From assembly GCA_010015805.1 (NCBI GenBank), contig ML978131.1:930001-994000 (forward strand): a stretch of 64,000 bases of DNA, in the 5' to 3' direction. This DNA is from Rhizodiscina lignyota. Lineage: Eukaryota. Below the pieces are notes generated by a model. That model did not search any database. It was not told the DNA's origin and saw only the letters and a program-made list of their open reading frames with translations. Position numbers and translations under genes: made by a program. This document shows, in pieces, positions 56,206 to 64,000 of the stretch (its first letter is position 1; each line of letters starts with the position of its first letter).

Positions 56206-59200
56206 CTGCGATATTCATGATGGGCAGATGAGTGAAAGGTGTGTATTCTGCAGCCTATCTCTGATATCCTCCGCTGACCACGGTGCAGTTTCGGATGGAC
56301 ACGAATGGAACTGGCTTCATGGCATTAGACACGTCTTCATCTTCGGATTGTGCAGCAGTTACAAGTGTGGCGCAAGGACAGAAGTTCTTCAGGCAATTAA
56401 ACAACATTCTCGCCAACCTCTCTCTCTCAAATTCGACCCATGCATAATACTTTCAGTGACATATACAGCCCATTCAAACTCCGGAATAGTGCGGTATATC
56501 AAGGCCTCCTCATTCAGCTCTCCATGAACGAGGAGGTAGGGACATTTCAACCGCTAGACCAAATCCATTCGCCTTTGAAGAGCTACGGCGGCCAGGTCCT
56601 GCGCATCTCGTACAGATGTCCGCGGGACATATCGTCACTGTAGATAATATTCCGGGCAAACATACTGCTCGCGTGAGATGCGATTTCGTCGGCGTGGTAG
56701 AAAACCCAGTAACCGTAGAATGCCCATTTCAATGGCGACGAGACGTCTTTATGCATGACAACCATTTAACATATAATCATGCGAGGGGCGTAGTTTACAA
56801 GTATTGTTGAATTAGTACGTAGTAGATTAGACTTTTATGCTTTCGTTACTGAACTATGCGATCGAGCGTTTCTGCCATGTCTCCGCCAGGAATCTTTCCA
56901 TGCCGGACTGTAGCACAGCAAATCGAAGATCGATTATAATCTACAACGGCTAACGAGGAAAAAGGCATACGAAAAGGCAAGAGGCAGAAAAGGGTCAAGG
57001 GAAAACAGAAAGAAAGCACCGAGGCATGGTGACAATCGCTGCAAAGCACGTTGATCCATTAATCTCATCGACGAACGCCCGTAGCCGAGCTTCATCATCT
57101 TCCATAGATGGGATCGAGTGTTCGAAATACAGTTTCGTTCATTGAAGCTTCATCCTGAGAGAGCGAAAGCCCTGGTAAATGGAATGGATTATGGACCGCA
57201 AGACCAAGTAACTTTTTCTTTGTTTGATTTTCTCTCTTACTAAGAACGGAATGGTTCTTAGGCTTCAGTATTTTCTTGATTCACTATCCACATAAGAAAT
57301 GTCAGAGAGCGCTCTTAGCTTCAAATCGAGTACCGAGCACCAAGCACCAAGCACCGAAAATTGGAATTAATACCATATGATCTACAAGCTATCGACTATG
57401 CCTCTCATAACGAGAGCAGTGGTAAGTAGACAAGTGCTGAAGCTATTCTATCAATTTTGACTGCTTCACGGCTCCGCGATATAATGGAATACGATCGATA
57501 TGGACCACTGTTCGATTCACTGAAAATTGCGAAGAGCTCTTGAAGGCAATGGAAGACAAACCCAAGGTCGCGAAAAGAGTCGAGGCGGCAGCGGAGAGCC
57601 CCGGGGAAGACGTGAAGTTGGCAAAGAAGCATGAGAGGCACCAGAAAGTACCTGATCGGAAGGCTTTTATAGCCTCGTTCGGGAGGAGGAGATAGAAGAT
57701 GCGGCATGTGAGAGATTTGAGGGGATTCTGGACCATCGTGTGTCCGAGGTTTGTCTGCAGAAGGAGAAGACGCCCTCAAAGATAGAAATAGGACCTGACG
57801 CGTGGGAGGAATTTGAGGGGATTGTGGAGCATGGGCATCAGTTGACGAATAATCAAATTCACTATGAACTTGCCTCTGTCTGCACGGAGAAGGGAACAAG
57901 CTGTGGAAAAGACGGCGCCAATGGATGGAAACTGAGCATGAAGTGATGGAGCCTCGTATTATAAGAGGCGAGATTGACGAAATTCCATGGCGTCAGATTT
58001 GGGAAAACTAAAGTTTGCGGAAGCGACGTGAGTATTTGGGGAGGCACAGAGCGGCATGATTGAGGCAGCAGGACTAAGGAGATACGCTTCTCATCGTTCA
58101 GCTTTCGGCTCTAATGCTGTCAAAGCACGGAGTGGTTTGAATCAATTGTATTCTTTTCGACCTCGTCATGATTGATGCCGCAATTCCTTGGTGGAGTAAT
58201 ACGATGACTGTACCCTTCCTGGTACGGCCACCCATATGTCTGACCAAGTGAAATCGACCTTCGTCTTACCTCTACTGGAACCAGGGTACAGTTCAGCATC
58301 GGCTCTTCTATCTCTAGGTATTGTGGACTCGCTGTCTAGATCTCGTTGAGTTCATCGATTTCAAGGGGGATACGATTGAATCCCATCATCCTGTTGTATC
58401 ACTGCCTCGCAAAGGCTCACAAAGGCATAAGATATCCACTCTCAAACCATTCAATTCGTTCAAGCTGCAACGGCAGTTGCTCCGTACTTATCCTGTGGTC
58501 CTCAACAACATCTGCCGAAACCAGCCCCATCATCAACACCATCCTCATCGTATCGTATCTTAATCTATATCCCCACGCCCCCAAACACCACCCCCAACGA
58601 CAACCCCCAATCCGTCTAGACCAAACGATCACCGCACCAACCTACCCCAAGCGAACAACCACGATTCCCATCCGCATCGCACAAACCCACCAGCCAGCGC
58701 ACGCCCCTCTCCGCTGCCCGTGGAGGCTCATCGGGCCTGGAAGCCGCGCACCCGGAACACGGGGTCCCGCAGCGCTGGGCCGGAATCACAGCGACGATCC
58801 ACACAACGGCCGCCGTTCGCGCCGCGTGGCGGCGGTACATGGCTGGTACATGGCGGTACGCACGCCGTAGATATCGCATTCTGCCCTTAACAGCCCAGGT
58901 TTCAGAGTGCCCGCTGACAAGGCCTGGCGGCCACCTGGCGCGCCCTGGCAAGGCTTGTCTCTTATTCCCGGCAGGAAGCGCGGAGAGGTGTAGCATGCCG
59001 GACCGGGGTGCGGTTTGCTCTGCTGCGGCGTCGGTAGCCGACTTGCGCGCTGCCACATATCAGCCCTTTGCGATTAGAGGTAGGACGATTCATGGAAGAC
59101 ATGGAAAGCATGAGATGATTTTTCTTCCTTCTGGCTCTGGACGCAGACGAGCAGGGTCGCGCGATTCGACTGGAAGATCGGGGGTGGAGGTTTGCCTGGA

Positions 59201-61629
59201 TGTGGAAAGTGAGGTGTGCGTGATTCAGCGTGAAACATATCCATTAACCGCAGATGGCACTCAAAACAACATTGCTATCGTCGCCGGCATGCAGCCTATA
59301 TCGTGTCAATCCTTCTGCTCGAAAAATTGCTCTTGTATGGAGCGAATAGCAGCGGATGGAGCAGCGCACCGGGCGGCGTATGGAGTCGCGGTTCGTCGGT
59401 TCCAGAAATCCAGGAGCAGGCACTGGTCTACGCCTGAGGTCGAGTCCATACAGCTGTAGCGGGAAAGTCGAATGGAGTATGCTGTGCAACCAGTGGGCGA
59501 CGGACGTGTTCGATGGCACCACCGCACCAGCAGTCATCAATTGGCAAAGACGCTCAGTCGCGCGCGCGCTGGCAAAGGCGGTCACCTCGCACAGCATGTC
59601 GCGGAAGCTCTGCCGGTCAAATCGGACTCCTGCGGTCGCGCGGGCCGTTATTGGAGTGTCTGCTTTGTTAGAGACATGCGTTGCGCGGTGCGCGCTGTAA
59701 CGTGCGCTCCATTCGCCGGTGAGGCATGAGGTCTTGTCTCAGAATCAGAAGGAAACCGGGTTTTTGCTTTTCCCTGACGCGTGTGGGTTCGTAACAGCAG
59801 CAGACATGCCATCTGTGCAATGCGCGATGTACATGTTGACTCTACTGCAGCATGCAGGTAGGCCTTCGGGCCGCCATTTGGGGATCGGGCCGGCCGCTAG
59901 CCTCGCGTCAAGACCAGTAGGCAAGGAGAAAGTCGTCCGTTTTGTTGGATTGGTCCATTGGCCATGCGTGTCTCGCGGTTGTGCCGGAATTTAAAAGGCA
60001 AAAGAAATAGAATCGGATTAGCACGGATCGGCCAGCGAATATATGCAAGGGAGCGACGAATCCGCGCCAGTCTGACAGGAAAATGGCATGCTGCGAATTC
60101 TGGGATTGGCGCGGACGGCGTGAAATGCGTTGCGCGCCTGGCTGCAATTCAGTACAGATGAAGGGCAGGCGTCGGGCCTTGCCCGGACTGGCAAAACGCC
60201 ACATGCCTTGCCGCTTCCGGCAGTTTTGGCTTGAAAAAGCTCCGCAACTTACCGAGCTAGGGCAAACGCTAGCGCGCGTAAGGTACGATCCGATTCCGAC
60301 GTGTCGCTCCTTCCTTCTTTCATGCGCATGCATAATTCCTGCGTCTGTGAAAAAGTGCTCCGTGTGCGATTCGCCAGGACGGACTAATAGCATTGCTTCG
60401 TCCTGACGATTCTGTTGCAATTCTGCGCGATACCATGCAGGATCGCTGCGTCTCGAAAAGTCTTTGCGCATTGGGCCCTTGTCGCGATTGGATCTGATAA
60501 CTGGCTTCTCGACAGCATGCGGTAAGGGAAAGACGTGCGCGCCAGGAGCAACGAAACATGCGCTGCACGATTTCTGCGTCTCGAAAAATCTTTGCATTTC
60601 GCTTCGTCGGGACTGGCCTACCTAATACCTTAGCTGTTTCTTCGTCGAAGGGCGGTGAAAATGCAAAATGCGTCATGAAGGGCCTCGTCGGCCGGGTCGT
60701 CGGCGTTAAGGGGGAAGAAAGTGGAGCCGATAAAATGTCGGTGCATCTGGCTCGGCAATCGAGAAGGTGGCCTTCATCTGACACGACATCTGAGATCAGA
60801 TGGTGTCACCAGCACCGTGTCACCCTCAGTCTGCGATCCGTGCTTTATTGAAGTTGAGCCTCAACAAATGCGCAGTGCTCCACCCCATGTGCGGTGTGTG
60901 TAGGAGCGTTGTAGCAAAACATCTTTTGCATTTATGTTCAGTCTATAACATCCACTTGCCATCGCCATCGCCATCGTCCATGGCACTGATTGGGGAGCCT
61001 CCTCGCTTTTTCGTGATCATGTGCCTTTTGCCTGTCCACCATGATGTGTGTGCACCGATGCAGCTCGAGAGCCCGATTGAGGCTTCTCTGCTAGAAACAA
61101 CAAAGTCGAAAAGCAAAACCAGCAAGGGGGCTAAGAGAGGAAATCTTGTGCAATGCCGGGCTGTAGGAAAACCAATAACCAGATAACAAGTGCAACCGCA
61201 TTTTGTACTGTTGCAGAACGCAGTCAAAGCCGAAAGTCAAAAAGCCACAACCAGAAGAAGAAAAACCGAAACGGCATGGATGGTCGCCAAGGTGTTTTTT
61301 GTCGCCGCTCTAAGCCATGAATGTAAAGCAGACAGCCAACCCTCCCCTTTTCGTGAGAAGTACCCTCGTTTCAGCCATTAGCGTGAGAAAAGAGCCTGAG
61401 CTCTATACCGTATAAAGCAGAATGTGATGTTGAGCATGGGAAAAACCGTCATGTCGACGTTAAAGTTAAAAGGCATAGGAATGGGGTGTCGAAAGCAGCA
61501 AGCAGTTTTTTGTGAACCGAAACTGGACATGCTTTTGGGACGTTGCCTGGTGGCAATGTCAAAGAAAAGAAAAATGATGAGATTCCCCGTGGGGGTTTTC
61601 ATGGTCGTCGTATTCATCCGATTCAATGA

Positions 61630-64000
61630 TCAGTGATGTTTGTGGTAGTTCTCGGGACTCGTTCGTCCCTCTTCGTGTGGTGATGGAGGAGCGTCAATGG
61701 CGTCTCTCGGCTGCTCTCTATTCGGTTCTCTGGGACTCGATTCCCTAGTCTCTTTCGGCGATGTCTGCTGAGAAATCTTCTTGCCTTCATCTTCGCTTGT
61801 GCTCGCGCTGCTCTCACCCGACTCGATACCCATCATAGCGGCATCCTTAGACTCCTTACGAAGTCGGTCTGCCTTGCCTTGTAATCTCGTCGCCTCCTCC
61901 GCCGCTCGCTGGGCACGTACCTGCTTTCTCCACATGCTGGCATATCGTCCTCTCTTTGCCAAGAGCTCATCGTGAGATCCGCGCTCGGCGACCCGGCCCT
62001 CATGCAAGACTAGGATCTGGTCTGCCCTAACAATGGTGCTGAGTCTATGCGCGATGATGAGCATTGTTCTGCCCTGGCCAAGCGTTGTCAGAGCGTCTTG
62101 GATGTGCTGCTCCGTCTCAGTGTCTAATGCAGCGGTAGCCTCGTCCAGCAGGATAATGCGAGGGCCTTTGAGAATCGTGCGTGCGATAGCAACACGCTGC
62201 TTCTCACCCCCGGACAGTCTGAGGCCGCGGTCGCCGACCTTTGTCTCATATCGGTCGGGGAATGCCATAATCTTGTCGTGGATGCTGGCAGCCCGGCACG
62301 CTTCGTAGACCTCCTCGTCTGACGCGCCGGGGTTGGCATATTTGAGATTGTACATCAGGGTTTCGTTGAAGAGAACTGTGTCCTGAGGGACGACGCCAAT
62401 GTGCTTTCGCACTGATTCGATTGATAGACCTTGGACATCATGGCCGTCAACTTGGATGCTGCCGTCTTCAGGGTCATAGAAGCGGAACAATAACCTGAAG
62501 ACAGTCGACTTTCCGCCTCCAGACTCACCGACCAAGGCAGTTGTTGTGCCTGGTTGGCAATCAAAGTCTAGACCCTTAAGAGCCGGCTTCCTCCCATCGT
62601 ACGAGAACTTGACGTCGTCGAAGCGAATGTGGCCTTCACAGAAAGGTAATTCTTGCACTCCCGGCTTGTCGATCACAGTTGGTTGTTCCTTGAAAAGTTC
62701 TAGCATCCGCTCCGAGTTAATCAGCGATGACTGTATCACGCGGTAGAATGTTCCGAAGTAGTTGAGTGGCGACTGCAGCTGCGCCATGTACGTCAGTAGC
62801 GTGACGAACTTGCCCACTCGGAGCTGGTCGGTCGTGACTTGATAAGCGGCGATGAAGCATGTTATCATAAGGCCAATCATGAAGATGGAGTTTTGAGAAA
62901 CGTTCATCAGGTTCAACGACAGCATGACCTTGTACTCAGCGGACTGATACATGTCGACTGCCCTCCGATACCGTCTGAACTCGTAGTCTTCGGCATTGAA
63001 GTACTTGACAGTTTCGTATGACACCATGGAGTCGTTCCTGGCACGTGTTAGAGCTTTAGAGAACATTAGAACATTACGAAACTCACTTGACAGCGTCTTG
63101 TTCTCTGTCTGCATTGACCATGACGCGTCGAATTTCGGCCCTCCACTGTGCCATGCGAATGGTCAAATAGATGTACCAGAACACAATGACCGCGACCACG
63201 AGCGCGTAATAGGCGTCAAACGCGATCAAGAAGTAAGCGACGGCCACGAACATATCCACGATGATCGGGACGACTTGAAAAGTGACCTGTTCCAAGAATG
63301 TGTTGATAGAGCTACCCTTTCCCATCGCAGACAGTACTTCTCCGGTCTTCTTGCCAAGGTGAAAGTCGAGGCTCAAGCTGTGGACATGTTCGAACGTCGC
63401 GATTGAGAGTTCTCTGTACGAGTACTGTCCCACCGGTATCCAGAGTACGGCTCGAGCGGCTCCAAGGATGCCATTATTGCCCTGCAGGAAGCGGTACACG
63501 ACGTACAGGACGATGGCCGTCCATGGCATGCGCACTTCGCCATTCTCACCAGAGAGATCATCTGTAATTAAACCGACTTGGTATGGGACTAGCAAGTTCA
63601 GTCCTCGTTGCAGGATCACGATCAGGACGCAGAGAACCACGACAAGTTGGAGCTTTCGGTCTTTCGATGGCCAGAGGTATGGCAGGAAAATGGAGTAGCC
63701 ACGAATGTACTCCCACCACGTCCGCGAGGGTATCTGAGTTGGTCGCACCCAACTTGGTTGTTCTTGTTCCTCGGGGCTACCCTTGCTCGCTGTGCCATAC
63801 CCATGACCGTTTGCACTTCCATTGGGAAAGCCGTTCGGCGTCTGTTGACCCGACAACAAGCCCGTCGTCTCTTCTGCGTCAGCTCTCTGTTGTTTAACTC
63901 TTGCTACAACTAGGAAAAGTACGTAGAAGCCAATCAGGGCACCGAGGAGGAGGATACGGAGTATGTCCAGAACCACCTCGGCAATCTCCCACTTGGACGC
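61630..64000 (-). CDS. HMT1: Heavy-metal tolerance ABC half-transporter (HMT1/ABCB6-like), 5' end outside the window
   Basis: PYLWPSK, FEHVHSLSLDFHLGKKTGEV, SYETVKYFNAE, Walker A GESGGGKST, signature LSGGEKQR, Walker B ILLDEAT, H-loop IAHRLST; intron ~63039-63086. Confidence 0.92.

Noticed and set aside
58346..60851. Many overlapping 90-230 aa ORFs on both strands
   Set aside because: Arg/Ala/Cys-rich translations typical of GC-rich non-coding DNA; no motifs.
1..64000. Transposases, Starship captain, CRISPR arrays, rRNA, PKS/NRPS core genes
   Set aside because: No transposase, RT or tyrosine-recombinase motifs, terminal repeats, repeat-spacer arrays or biosynthetic backbone genes were seen.

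Overview
Eukaryotic DNA from a filamentous ascomycete (Pezizomycotina): about 50% GC, short GT-AG introns with CTAAC/CTGAC branch sites, and fungal-specific families such as Zn2Cys6, DUF3425 and HET. About 28 protein-coding genes can be reconstructed. In order: a partial protein kinase, GMC oxidoreductase, Zn2Cys6 TF, GH162 endo-beta-1,2-glucanase, DUF427 protein, Pro/Gln-repeat protein, a bZIP/DUF3425 TF paired with an SDR, a HET relic, a PD-(D/E)XK nuclease-like gene, an AIM6-like phosphodiesterase reading in frame into a transporter-like/DUF3431 gene, SDR, UPS1, MAPEG, GrpB, a secreted protein, a P450, GH106, a six-enzyme cluster, a GNT1-like GT8, two hypothetical genes, RPS21 and a partial HMT1 ABC transporter. 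The best candidate for an undescribed system is the cluster at 41.7-50.0 kb. It holds an XylB-like aldose dehydrogenase, an SMP-30 lactonase, an LtnD-like hydroxyacid dehydrogenase, a class II aldolase with altered phosphate-binding motifs, an SDR and an AKR. It has no dehydratase or kinase, which suggests a non-canonical, non-phosphorylative sugar/sugar-acid catabolic route. Also notable are a tRNA-like Pol III element with TCA at the anticodon position upstream of RPS21, the apparent AIM6-DUF3431 fusion with a 6-nt microexon, and a kinase with GFD in place of DFG. All family calls come from motif recognition by eye; no database searches were run.
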